Assembly: GCA_046563655.1 (NCBI GenBank)
Contig: CM102286.1
Coordinates: 248,001 to 312,000 of the forward strand
Source of the DNA: Yuukianura sp. NJ FZ-2021
Taxonomy: Eukaryota
DNA: 64,000 bases
Direction of reading: 5' to 3'
Shown: positions 44,501 through 54,772 of the stretch, in pieces
How positions within the stretch are numbered: the first letter of the stretch is position 1
How the letters are laid out: the number at the start of each line of letters is the position of its first letter
Notes under the pieces: generated by a model
Told to the model about the DNA's origin: nothing
What the model saw: the letters and a program-made list of their open reading frames with translations, nothing else
Databases searched by the model: none
Position numbers and translations under genes: made by a program

Positions 44501-45961
44501 TCCCGGTTTCGCAAAACTCCCGGCCAACCTTCCACTCCGGACCAACGTGTTTCGACCGGTTCGTCTCTCCAAACCGACTCTTCGGCTCTCACACATCACT
44601 TTGTCAAAGATGTCGAAAAGGGAGACGGAAGTGCTCGAAGTGACAGTGAACCGGACGCCGGCGGGCATCCTTTGGACACAAAACTCGTCAAAGTGTTTCC
44701 CGCCCTCCCGGCTCCCAAAGTGGACGATTCCAAACCAAAAGCAAAAGGGAAGTGGGGCGCTTTCATGAGTGGGGCAGCGGCGGGTGGGACTCAAAGTTCG
44801 GTGGAATCTTCAGTAGAAAAAGACGACGTGGCTACAGGAGGTCACCCACCACTGACCAGAAAACTAAAAATTCCACCGACTGGCAACGGTGGCAACGGTG
44901 GTGGTGGCAACAAAGTCTTCCCGAAAAAAGGCGGCCCGCCGGTGGTGACAACCGGACGGCAAGAAACAATTGACGAGCTAACAGAAACGGCTTCGACCGG
45001 TTCACCCTCCAAGTCGCCGGAAATAAGTGGTGGGGCGGCGGGGCGAACCCGCCTCCCGCCGCCGCTCATTCCATCCGTGTCGCCCAGTTCGGTTTCGACT
45101 GGATTGACGTTTCAACCAGGGACCATGTCACCCGAATACCAACAAATCATTGCAAACATGCAAGATTTTAAAGTCGATGTCAAGTTGGAAATCCAGAGAT
45201 TGAACCAAAAGATGAACAAGTTGGAGGACTTGCTTGGCGACATTGTGCACAAACTGAATCAACAGTTGAATGGACCCGGTGGGACTAGCAGCGGGGGTGG
45301 GACCAGCATCAGTGTTGTGCCACCAGCATCCACCGGCCCCACCAGTACTTCCGGAGCCACTTATGCTCAGTCCCGCCTCCTCAGTCCCACCAGCCCCTCT
45401 TTTCCAACTAGTCCATTCCATTCTCACTCAGAACGTGACACAAGTCCAGCAAGTGGTGACGAGCGGGGCGACGGTCGCCGGCGACATAGCCACAGTCACC
45501 ATCACAAACACCACAAACACCGTGACCGTGACCGTGACCGTCGAAGAGACTCGAAGAGTTCCAAAGAAAAGACACCCGACACACTTTCTCCGGGAAGTTC
45601 GCGCAAGTCTTCTGCTGATATTCGAAGTCCGAGCCATTCCACTGACCGGGAAAAAAAGCGGGATCGGAAACAGCGGTCGAAAGTTGCTCCGCCTCCTCCA
45701 GCGACCACTTCCAGCAGCAGTACGCATGTCCACGGACATGGTGACCACGGACATGGACATGGTGACCACGGACACGTCCATGGCCATGGACATGGACATG
45801 TCCACCGCGGGTCAACGGCTGACTCGATGAAAGCCATGCTGGAAGAGGAGATAGCGGAGCAGTCGAGTAAGAATTCTTCAGCGGCGGGTTCAAAAGAGCC
45901 GCTCATTCCAGGGAAACCGGGCATTTACCCCACGGGGTCAAGGTCCCACGAATTTCTGTGA
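11543..45961 (+). CDS. eag: Ether-a-go-go voltage-gated potassium channel (KCNH1/5 family), 12 coding exons
   Basis: Exons about 11543-11621 ([22 protein letters not shown]), 20586-20686, 20886-21018, 28650-28796, 29264-29385, 29710-29992, 30065-30177, 31558-31969 (S4 [14 protein letters not shown]; pore SVGFGNVA), 33016-33215, 36826-37078, 43501-43706 (CNBH domain) and 44390-45961. PAS, transmembrane and CNBHD segments closely match insect Eag. The donor at 28796 is the least certain boundary. Confidence 0.96.
11764..11840 (+). mobile_element. tRNA-derived SINE-like element or tRNA pseudogene (copy A)
   Basis: A box GCAGCTCAGTTGGTAGAG, B box GGGTTCAAGTCCC, degenerate anticodon arm and a 3' T-run. 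Confidence 0.6.
12871..12980. repeat. Degenerate tandem repeat with GCGGGAGTTTTT core
   Basis: About 4 units of agag..gcgggagttttt..gaattt. Confidence 0.55.
16105..16404. mobile_element. Foldback/MITE-like element with long imperfect inverted termini
   Basis: Left CCATTGTTCCGAAT..TTCGAAGC is mirrored by right GCTTCGAA..ATTCGGAACAATGG. Inner arms GAATTGTTCCGAAAT / TTTCGGAGCAATTC; AT-rich centre containing TTAGGTTAGG. Confidence 0.7.
19384..19436. repeat. 22-bp tandem repeat, about 2.4 copies
   Basis: ATAACCACCCTAGTAACCACTT repeated. Confidence 0.75.
22764..23138. mobile_element. Non-autonomous hAT-type MITE (375 bp) with 8-bp target-site duplication
   Basis: TIRs CAGGGTTCGC...GCGAACCCTG; subterminal GTTAGAAACG / CGTTTCTAAC repeats; identical AATTAAAT on both flanks (22756-22763 and 23139-23146). 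Confidence 0.88.
25045..25225. repeat. Degenerate minisatellite with AAAGTGGTGGCGCACTATTCTAAA core
   Basis: About 4-5 imperfect units at roughly 40-bp spacing. Confidence 0.6.
26321..26376. repeat. TGTAGCACTGAAA tandem repeat, 4 copies
   Basis: Read directly from the sequence. Confidence 0.75.
30313..30393 (+). mobile_element. tRNA-derived SINE-like element or tRNA pseudogene (copy B)
   Basis: GCCGGATAGCTCAATTGGTAGAG ... CTTCCGGAGT ... GGGTTCGAGTCCCACTCGG plus T-run; anticodon arm not canonical. Confidence 0.65.
33216..33364 (+). repeat. 32-bp tandem repeat starting at the GC splice donor of eag intron 9
   Basis: GCAAGCACAACTCTAAAATTTTACTTTCCCTT at 33216, 33248 and 33280; variant at 33312; partial at 33348. 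Confidence 0.9.
36380..36623. mobile_element. Degenerate MITE-like element
   Basis: Imperfect TIRs CAGTGTTGCTGGA / TTCAGCAACTCTG; internal repeated palindromes TTTCRTCCGGAYGAAA; no matching target-site duplication. Confidence 0.5.
38049..40058 (+). CDS. Intronless divergent ionotropic receptor (IR / variant iGluR-like chemoreceptor), 669 aa, nested in eag intron 10
   Basis: Uninterrupted ORF with a signal peptide; YKFLAC...[12 protein letters not shown] (pre-M1/M1); [14 protein letters not shown] (M2 SxLxxP motif); [13 protein letters not shown]...ITSLFFVFG...FMFELL (final TM). This is the layout of divergent arthropod IRs. Confidence 0.75.
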   Translation: MYRLAFLLALAIAATILPSSCSLVSFSTALVKDFDNCDNFIFFLENNTNKVLDFNQLAQSPVTLISLAVNKQEETTRTIQKLNLTRYSRRLLCHLNIIQLYPTQNWYRKLHSDLRWMYTCEYTSARVGIPYCRGVASHSIWIYEEMLPAKLENYFYYTFQTHYQVQVLNSTYRIHLSIRHPCGTVATAEVANQMIADVSIRHFLELLHHFTISGDVCYNSFMLNKALYDRSVDTNKTIPHRDAFILNQIFAPENHNQSQIFFHSQSWSTLIISISRCSANKSFIGVVNNYNIAQVPFMFNMFNIGRNYHYVTLEAQYKFLACDGAHPYFSLQFYAQPLKADVWISCLITLFAAYTLVEFWFRLNGVTSISSCMFLSTIVFEQELKLPKSKSRTWVFNIFAFTLVFGCFQVTNDYRGMVTSDLTAPLPSQTVETVDQAIQLGFKILTDVSEVSRQELPMAYLKTAHLVNVIAFLTAYKVNEFIADLYNTFVYHVDAQNNSTKQRYQSWMASMHFEFTDNYYDTLLQDFVRCDKRIFIGDLSQLNKFYLRAYRLNPSIEIYYGNESLLKGTLGWTIYSMDEDKDERFHIRFLALQHSGIMQQKYYGDKSKLTLEDFMHRTFKYAPLNLRNSITSLFFVFGACALLAICSFMFELLLTWYFKLKVFWLTVKP

Positions 45962-47707
45962 TATTTTCTCATCTTATTTACTACAATTAGTTTTAATTAC
46001 AATTAATTAACTTAGTCAATTAACTAAGCATTTTGTAGTTAAAGTGGTTAAGTGGATCTTTCATCCTGCTCTTCCTAAAACAATTCCAAAACTTTCAAGT
46101 CCCAAACTGTCCAAAATTTAAAAAACATTTTAAAAAACTTTCTCCTTGAAATTGTTTTTCCTTTTTGCATCAAGACAACAGATTCACCGGATTTTTTGAA
46201 ATAGGAAAAATTTTAAAAAAAGAGAGCGTTTTTTTTGTAAAGCTTTGTTTCTATGAAACCTAATGTAGTTCATCTGTGGAAAGACCAAAGTGATCTCTGG
46301 AGATCATCAGATGATGATGATGATGATGAGGGGAGAGAATGTTCTCTTTTTGCAACTTGACTCCGCAATGCGTAACTTTTTGTTTACAAATTATTCATTC
46401 TGCTCGCTACATTAAAGTGAAATTGACTTCAGAAAGGAAAGTGCCCAACTCTGCTTTCAAATTCCAGTCTGTGCCCAACTTTGCTCTGTCTCAAAATTAG
46501 CAATTCAACTTTTGTTGTTGTTTGAACAGAAATTTTATGTTTTTAGAACAAAGTGGTTTTGTTCTGAACATGGAAAAGTACAAAGTGACATGACAGTGTT
46601 GTGGTAAAAACAAAGTGGATTTTGAAAGAATTAAAGCTCAGTTTATGCCGAGACTTTAATTGTAAAATTTTAATTTCAAAATTTCAAAAAACTCAAACTT
46701 TCACCAGACATTTTATGCCACACGCCGTGTTTTCTTTGTTTCAGTAAATTTTTTAGGCTATAAAGTGTTGCTTTTTATTTGTTGAAAACTAAAACACGCG
46801 GTCGTTTTAAATATTAAATCAGCCTCGCTATAAAACAATTCAAATGTGTAGAAAATTTCACCTGGAAGGTCATAAAAATTTTCAAAAAAAAAGTAATTGT
46901 TGTCAAACAACTTAATGGTGACAGGAACAAAAATTTTACGACTGCAGTTTTTTGAATACAAACAACATGCGTACCCAACTACTAAACATAAAAAAAACAG
47001 TTAATGGACGAACGTTTGATTTATTTTTTGGAACGTTTCAGCTGCGTTTGACATGTTAAAGTTTTACTTTTTACTTTTCAGAAAAAATATGAAGAAAATT
47101 GGTTTTTAGAATTTTTCTTTGCAACTCCAAAAGTTCAAACAGTTTTCTGCCTCTCATTTTTTTCTACATCTATTACAAAATTGGGAAGACGTAATTTGGT
47201 TAAGACGTCAAAGGCTGCTTGTTTGCTTTCTTATTTCGAAAATTTAACAAATTTAAAAAAAAATATGTTTTCATGCAAGGCACTTTTGTCTTTCAAATTC
47301 ATTCCTAAATTTTTCTCTCTTCTTCTTTTCTTTGAATTAAAAATTGGATTTGTTTTAATATGATTTTCAAATTATGATCCATTTGTTCCATGGAAAAGAA
47401 AATTTGAGTCGGCTTTTGGCTTTTTGACTTTCATGTTTGATTATGATCAGAGTTCTTAGACTTTCGGAGGAAGAGAAAAGCCCGCATTCCATCTCTTAAA
47501 CTTTGTCCATTGCCCAACTCTTCTATTGTCAACCTGCACCACCGCCCAACTCTGGAATTTCAATGAAAATTCCACTTCCAGCTCCATTTTGTCCATTTTC
47601 ATCTTCCCTCCTCCTCAGAATAAGAACAGAACAAAAACTTAAGTTTAAACACGGAATGAACCACTCTCTAAATTGTTTGTCTCCCGCCTCCTCATTTTGA
47701 TAGTCCA

Positions 47708-48010
47708 TGCCCCAATTCAGTTTTCTTAACTTTTACTTATGTGTTACAGTACCCCAACTTAATTCTCATAACTTTCAGTTACGTCTCACATTGCCCCAAG
47801 TCAATTTCATTGGCTTTTACTTATGTCTCACGATGCCCCATTTAGTTTTCTTAACTATGTCAGAATTCCCCAATTTTCACTGATTTTTATTTGCGTCTCA
47901 CATTGCCCCCACTTAGTTTCCTTAAATTTTACTTATGCCTAACAATGCCGCATTTTAATTTCCGTAACTTTTACCTGACTCAAAATCCCCCAATTTATTT
48001 TCCATAACTT
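47708..48010. repeat. Degenerate minisatellite, unit about 42 bp, about 8 copies
   Basis: Units resembling TGCCCCA.TT.A.TTTC.TAACTTTTACTTATGTCTCACA. Confidence 0.65.
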
Positions 48011-49578
48011 TGATCATGAATAGTTAAAATCCATTCAACTCCTTCCCGCTTGTCCCCAGACGACAAAACCCTCCTCTTTTTCTTTGAGATTTGAAAATGA
48101 CTGGGATTTTACATTTCCGAGCATAGTCTAAAAGACTATTCCATTATTTCCCGCGTTCCCCATTATTTCCATAACCTAAAGCCTTTCAGAACCTAACATT
48201 AACCTAACCTCAACCTAAAACCTAACATCAACCTTAAGGAGGCACAAGAACATCAGAAGGAAGCCTTAACAAATATTTTTTTCTTGCAACTTTCTCTCTG
48301 TCTGTATAACTGGAATTCACAAAGGAAATTTTTCTCTAGCCGGAGCAAAAAATCAATGTTTTTTCCTACTTTCTTATTTTTTCCATAGAAAATAGCAGAA
48401 AGTCAGGAGGCGGGAGGAGGGTTTAATTTTAAATTCCAATGAAGCGCAGGATATACAAACAAGACTCAACTTTTGTGTACTCTTTGGCCTTACTTTCACA
48501 TTTTTTCCTCTTCCGAAATCCGTTTCCTCAAAACTGGATTTATATTCCATCATGATACGTAAATTTAGACGAGAGAAAAGCCGCTCTTCAAAAGTCTCCA
48601 AAATAAACAATGGAAAGCGTGCAGATGAGAGAGACTTATAATTGCCTTGATTTATGATCTACTTCACACCTCTTTTCTATCCTTTTCACGCTTAAAAGAG
48701 GAACAATTCAATTACAATTTTTCTCGCGACATGATTTCAGTAGCAGCTTTCCTTTTTTTTATTTTGCTCCTACCAGGATTCGAACCCCGAACTTCAATTT
48801 TGGCACAATACACAACTCCCTTTCACTAAAAAGTTACTGGAGCAGAATTGCTTTGTATTTTTGTGTACAGTTTAGCCGGAAATGCAAACAGTGCATAAAT
48901 TCTGTTTGAACTTTCACTTTTCCAATTTTCAGTTTCAGCGAAAACATTTTTCAATTTTTTATACATAACTAGCCTAACCTCACTTTTTAAAATGGCGGTT
49001 ATATTTTGCAAAAAGCACCAAAAATAGTTGAAAAGTGTTGCAATTTGTAAAATTATAGACTTTGGAAGTTGTATTGGCGTTGTGTTACAAAAAGTTACAA
49101 TTTCCTTCTCACCCTTAATTCGAATCTTCCGCTTTGATGGAAATGAAGTATCGATTGTGGAAATTGAAAAAGAGAAAGTGAAAATAAGCGTCTTAAATTT
49201 AACAGCTTCCGAAGTATCTCTGAATATCTAATCTCGTAAGTTTCTCAAAAGTGGAGTTTGTACCTGTCTCGGGGCAAAGTGAAACTTACTTTTCCTGCTC
49301 ATTAGAAGGAGCAGTGGGGCTTAAACTCAAATCCATCGACTTAAAACTTCTTCCACTTGTTCAAATAAAGTTTATGCAAAAGTTGAAGTGGAGCACAGAT
49401 ATGATTTACTCCTTATCGGTGTCTTCAAACTAGAAAGTTCAAGAAGTTTAAACTTATTCTCGCTCTAACTTATTTCTGTCTCACTTTGCCCCAATTTCCC
49501 TGGGACAACTTGAGAATCAGCTGATAATTTGAATTTCACACCTCGAACCCGCTCAAAATTTAATATTTTGCAAATAGA

Positions 49579-49656
49579 GCCCGATAGCTCGATTGGTAGA
49601 GCCTTTTCCGGAGTATGGAGATGTGGGTTCGAGTCCCACTCGGTTCTTAATTTTTT
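49579..49656 (+). mobile_element. tRNA-derived SINE-like element or tRNA pseudogene (copy C)
   Basis: GCCCGATAGCTCGATTGGTAGAGC ... TTCCGGAGT ... GTGGGTTCGAGTCCCACTCGG plus T-run; clearly homologous to the copy at 30313. Confidence 0.65.
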
Positions 49657-51110
49657 AAGTGCAGTTTCATTTTTTGTTTCTCATACCATGTAACTGAACC
49701 TCACAGTTTTCTCATTATAACTATCTTAGTATTCAATCGTGTAAACTAACCTAATTTAATTGAAGTTGAGTAATTAAATTAGGTTGGTTGAGTCAAAGTG
49801 ACGTTGTTTCTGAGAATTTTGGAAGTTATGTTAAGTTATGTCCGTTTTGAGTTATGGTTAGGTGGGTTAAGAGTTATGGTGAGAAGAAAACTTAAGGGCG
49901 GGAACTTATAAATTTTGAAAAGTGGAAAATGGATGGCACTCTCCTCCTCCTTTGTTTTCTTGTTGATGAAACGGAAAAGAGAGAAGAAAAGAGACATGGT
50001 TTCTCTCCTTTGTGTTTCCATTGAGAGCGCCAAGATTTGAAGGAGTGACAATAGGAATATTTCCGTCTTTTGTTACTTACCTACCGACTTCCTTCGTTCT
50101 CCAACTTAAATGTGAGAGAAAGCAGGAAATTCAGTCTGTTTGAGAGGGAAATTGTATTTCAAAAGTTTGTGGCTCACCAACTTTTGAATTTTCAAATTCT
50201 CTCCCACGTAAACTTTGGATTTTAAGGCAAAAGAGGCATTCTGTCTCCCCTCGTCCTGGAAAAAGCGCGTCAGAATTCAAATTCAAAATTTAAATCAATT
50301 AGAATGGAAACTAAAAAGTTCTTTTCAAATTTCAAAATTTCGAAACCTCCTAAAGCCATTCGGCTGTTCCAAATAATTTCCAAAAACTAAATGTGAATCA
50401 AAGAACCACATATCAACTAAAACCTAATAATAAACATTTGTAATAAAATACACAAGTTTAGTCACACCATAAAAGACATTTTGAAACTGCGCACGCGTAT
50501 AAGATATTAAACTTTTAGTGTAATACCGTAAGTTACATAAATCCGTGTTTTAATTCAAAATTTGTAACTTTTCCCGCCATTTCCTGTTTTTTCAATTCCT
50601 CTACTTTGGCGATTCAGTTTCAGAGTTTTAGTAGGGGCAGGTTGAGACAAAATTAAAACTGAAGCTATAAAAAGAAAGTAGAAATGAGCTGGAAGAGGTC
50701 AAAGGTCAAAGGAGATTATAGTCTAAATAGTTGTAGTGAAGATGTGAACCTGAAATCCTTATTAGGTTATACTCCTAAACCTAATCATTTACACTCATTG
50801 TGTTACTAGCATAATAAAATCATGGTATGGATTTAAGTCTTGTTATACTAAATGTGATTTCTCCTGTCCGTAATACTATTTCGATATTTAGTCAAACTGT
50901 AAAACATCGTAAAATAATGTTTCAGATTTTTTGGTCTGGTTCATGCGATCAACAATTATTATTAATAACAATAATAATAATTATAATAAATAAATAAATA
51001 AAACAGACACGAACAGTCAATCCCGGTTTTACAAATATCCAATCAACACATTATTAAATCCGTTCGGTGTTAAAGGCAGGATTTGAAATCAGGAAGGTTG
51101 TAACTGGGAA

Positions 51111-51195
51111 CTGTGTAGCTTAATGGTGAGAGCGATTACCTCAAAAGTGTGGATGTGGTTTCGAGTCCTACTCCAGCCATGATTTGTTTTTTTTC
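51111..51195 (+). mobile_element. More diverged tRNA-derived repeat (copy D)
   Basis: GTAGCTTAATGGTGAGAGC ... GATGTGGTTTCGAGTCCTACTC plus T-run. Confidence 0.45.
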
Positions 51196-53178
51196 CTTTC
51201 TTGCAAAAATGTCTTTCTGTGCATAGATTTCAAAATGTTCAAAAGCGATAGGTTTTACCACATTTTCAAGTTTCTTGAGCTAAGAATGAGAAGTTGGGAG
51301 TTGATTATAATGAAAATTGATACTTTACAAGTTTGGGCAGGAAGTGTCGTCGTTTGAATTGGGAATTGGCGGGTTGTAAGACCTTGGTGTAAGATGCTGT
51401 TGGTGAGATAATGAAATCTGGGCAGAATGAATTATGTTAAAGCCTTGTCAATGAAGTTAGAATCTCGTGGAGGATAAAATGGCTCAGTGCCTCTCTGAAG
51501 ATTACTTTCTAAAAAGTTCAATTTCCCGCCTAGTCATGGGAGCAGCAACGTTCAAAACGGGCGTGGTGAAAGCCAAAGCACCAATTTTCACTTTTGTTCA
51601 CATCTCATCACTTTCTCTTTTGTCACACCTTTCTCCCCAAATCTCCCCCCATGGTACTTTAGCCCCTCTCCCAGCTGAAACCAACCAGAACTGGGTTCAT
51701 TTTCACTCTGAACCCTAATTGACCCGCCAAAAATCCATGGGTTTTGAAAAAACCCGCCAAAGACTTTTTTCAAAAAAGAGCTCAATGTTGGTTCTGGCTC
51801 ATTTTGGTTGTTAGTTTGGCCCATCCATCATCTTGTGGGCTCAACCCGCCTTTCAAAATAAAACTGCTCAAGTGCGTTGGCCTTTGCTGTGATGATTTAA
51901 TTATAAGCTAGGCTTGTACATGAGAAAACTGGAGAAAACTTTCGTTTTTCTTGTTTTCACTTTCTTACTTCATTTTTCAATTTTGAAAGTGAATAACGTT
52001 TTTTTTGAAAGTTAAGAACAATTTTTTCTTTGGAAGAGGAAGTATAGGTTATTATGAAACTAGAGCTTAGAATCCATAGAGATACTCCATTTTTTTTTAG
52101 GACTCAAAATTGAGAAGTTGCGTTTCACTTGTGATCTTTTTTGATTTCAAAAGTTGTGACATTCATGTGACAAAACACAAAGGACGATGGAGATGGGAGC
52201 AGCAGGTGGAGCCAGTTTCAAAATTCAAAAGATTCTTTCCCGCAAAAATTTTGAAAGAGAAAGCTTTCTTTCTCTTTTGAGTTGAAATTTCCCACCGTTC
52301 GCTTCACTTTGTCTGGTTGTTCTTCTGGTGGCTCAGCCCCACCCGAATCAAGAGCCACCGCAAGAGAGAGAGAATGGACCACATGTTGAGTTTTTCCTTC
52401 ACTGCTCTCGCACTTTCTCCATGCTTCCCTGATTTTTCATAAATCTCTCACACCGCGAATTTTTCAAATTTTTCACTCTCTTCTAAAATTCAATTTGAGA
52501 AAAAAGTTCATTTTGTGTCAAAACTTTCCAGGAATTTCTCTGTCAAGAAATTTTACTTTTTATAACATTTCAGAAACTGTGGAACGCCACAAGTTTTTGA
52601 AAGATTGAAATTTTCTGTATTTGCCGGGAGGTCAATGACCTTTGGTCTTCTCGTCCACTTAGAATCTTAGTTTGAGACATGTAGAAATCCTACCGACAGG
52701 CGTTCAAATCCAATTGAATGCAACTTTTTTTTCCTTTTGCTCATGAATCTCCTGCTCCACTTACCCAGCCCAAAAAATGTGAACTTTTGAAGGGAGAGGC
52801 TGGTGGTGAATGGAAATGGGTCTCTGAGGAGCCAGAGATCTCGACAAGATCGCCACACGACGTCTTCTGCCTCTTTTGCTCTTCTGCTCGTGTGTCAATG
52901 CCAAGAGAGTAGCCTTCTGTAATGTAATGGGATTCAACCATGTCTGAGAAGATCCAAAGTCTCACGATGCCCCATCTTGTCCACTTTCTCTCCAAAAGCT
53001 TCTGGAGAACACAAATCTCCAGATGCATCTCTTCTCACTAAAACGACCACCGACATTTGAAACTTTAAGCAACCACGACCACTACACGCCTTTCTCTAAA
53101 GAAAAAAAAACTAGTTTTGTTTATTAAAAAATTGAAGAAAAAGTAAAATTTAAAAAAAAAAGTCACAAAAATATTTAT

Positions 53179-53664
53179 ATAGTTACTCCCTCCAATCTTG
53201 TTTTCTAATACAAGTTATTCCTTTTAACTCTCATGTTTTATTATGATCTCATGATAAGATTTGTATCGATTTGTAGTTACTCCCTCCGCTGACCTGTGTT
53301 ACTTCCTCCCGTACTTGTATTTTTTGTCAAAAACTCAAACCAAAGTAGGTTGAAGTATTTCTACAATAGTTACTCCCTCTACTCCAATCCCATAGTTGCA
53401 ATGTTTCTAAAATAGTTACTCCCTCCATTCTTTCCATAGTTGTAGTCTTATAAAAAAGTTACCCCCTCTCATCTTCTTAGTGTTGCTAAAATAGTTACTC
53501 CCTCTCCTATTCTTAGCTTTTCTAACATAAGTTACTTCCTTCCATGGCTGTGTTTCTAGAATAGTTACTCCCTCTGCTCAATTCTATAGTTGCACCGTTT
53601 CTAAAATAGTTACTCCCTCCACTTTGCTTGTAGTTGTAATGTTTCTAGAATAGTTGCTCCCTCC
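53179..53664. repeat. Array of about 12 TTTCTA(A/G)AATAGTTACTCCCTC cores with variable spacers
   Basis: Cores near 53179, 53274, 53358, 53404, 53456, 53486, 53520, 53553, 53598 and 53642, plus degenerate ones. Confidence 0.8.
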
Positions 53665-54126
53665 ATTTATGTGGAACCAGGTTGAGGATGAGGTTGATGG
53701 GAATTGGAGTTGCTGGTGGTGGTTGTGGCGGGAGAAATAAGTTAAAATTATATGAGTGAATTAGGGTGCGTGGGTGGTTGCGGAACATTTTCCCAGAGGG
53801 AGCCTCACTTGTTGTTTTAATCCAATGAACTCAGCCATCTCTTCCATAATGCAGTTGGAATGAATCTCAATCCGACGGATCCAGGGATGAGCCTCTCCCT
53901 TTCAAAATGCCAGTAGAAGGGGGAATAGGAATCTCGTGCGAAAAACCGCAAAAACCTCATAAGGTTTTGCAAGACCCTGCACCAAACCCCAAGAGCTATT
54001 TTGCGCATAATAAAATTTCGATTGTAGCTAGATTTCGTTCATTCTAACAATTATTTTTTAACACATAAATACCTGATACTTATTTATTGTTCGTATAACT
54101 AAAATAATTAATGCCATAAAATAAAG

Positions 54127-54639
54127 CAACACGAATGCGTTAAGGAACAGAAGAGAAAATTCTCGAAAGTTCTTTAGCAAAATAACATTTTATTATTTAT
54201 AATAAAAATCATCAAGATAGCAACTACGAGAGCTACCGGCACCATATTTAGTTTAACATTTTTACGAGCTTTACATTATACGAATGACGTTCACTCTTTC
54301 AAGTTTCAAGCTTCGATTAGTGATGGGTTAAAAAGCAACAAGATTTTGTTTTCACTAATTTCTTGAATTTACTTTACCATATGATTCTAAATGAGGCTTA
54401 GCCTTAGTATCTAAATCATCTAAATTTTGAAGCTTGTCACGTAAATTTAAAAAAAATTATAATTGTTCAACACGAATGCGTTAAGGAACAGAAGAGAAAA
54501 TTCTCGAAAGTTCTTTAGCAAAATAACATTTTATTATTTATAATAAAAATCATCAAGATAGCAACTACGAGAGCTACCGGCACCATATTTAGTTTAACAT
54601 TTTTACGAGCTTTACATTATACGAATGACGTTCACTCTT
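54127..54639. repeat. Perfect 172-bp direct repeat pair upstream of the polymerase gene
   Basis: 54127-54298 is identical to 54468-54639 (CAACACGAATGCG...GTTCACTCTT), separated by a 169-bp unique spacer. Confidence 0.92.
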
Positions 54640-54772
54640 AGGGGCGCACCATGCTTTATATCAATAGAACAGTTCGAAAATTTTTACTCTACTTCATCAT
54701 TTATTAAGTGGTTGTTGTCCTAAGAGGTTGTTACACACTATTGTCTTTAAATTGTCGCTATTGTTCTAAACA

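Noticed and set aside
44483..45924. Several overlapping ORFs of 70-190 aa on both strands
   Set aside because: Shadow frames of the GC-rich, repetitive last eag exon.
48170..48240. Telomeric (TTAGG)n tract
   Set aside because: Only short degenerate AACCT units at an internal position; more likely a repeat-associated microsatellite.
7900..53100. Many 60-110 aa ORFs in eag introns and intergenic DNA
   Set aside because: Lys/Phe-rich translations of poly-A/T tracts with no domain signal; consistent with chance ORFs.
53179..53664. CRISPR-like appearance of the repeat-spacer array
   Set aside because: Eukaryotic context, no cas genes, degenerate repeats, irregular spacing and spacers related to each other.
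52667..54008. Short minus-strand ORFs as exons of a host gene
   Set aside because: No motif or consistent splice model could be built.
53900..54130. Left terminal inverted repeat of the Polinton-like element
   Set aside because: No partner inverted sequence in the window and no clear terminal motif, so the boundary cannot be fixed.
54127..54639. 172-bp repeats as LTRs of a TRIM retroelement
   Set aside because: No TG...CA ends, no evident primer-binding site or polypurine tract, and no target-site duplication.
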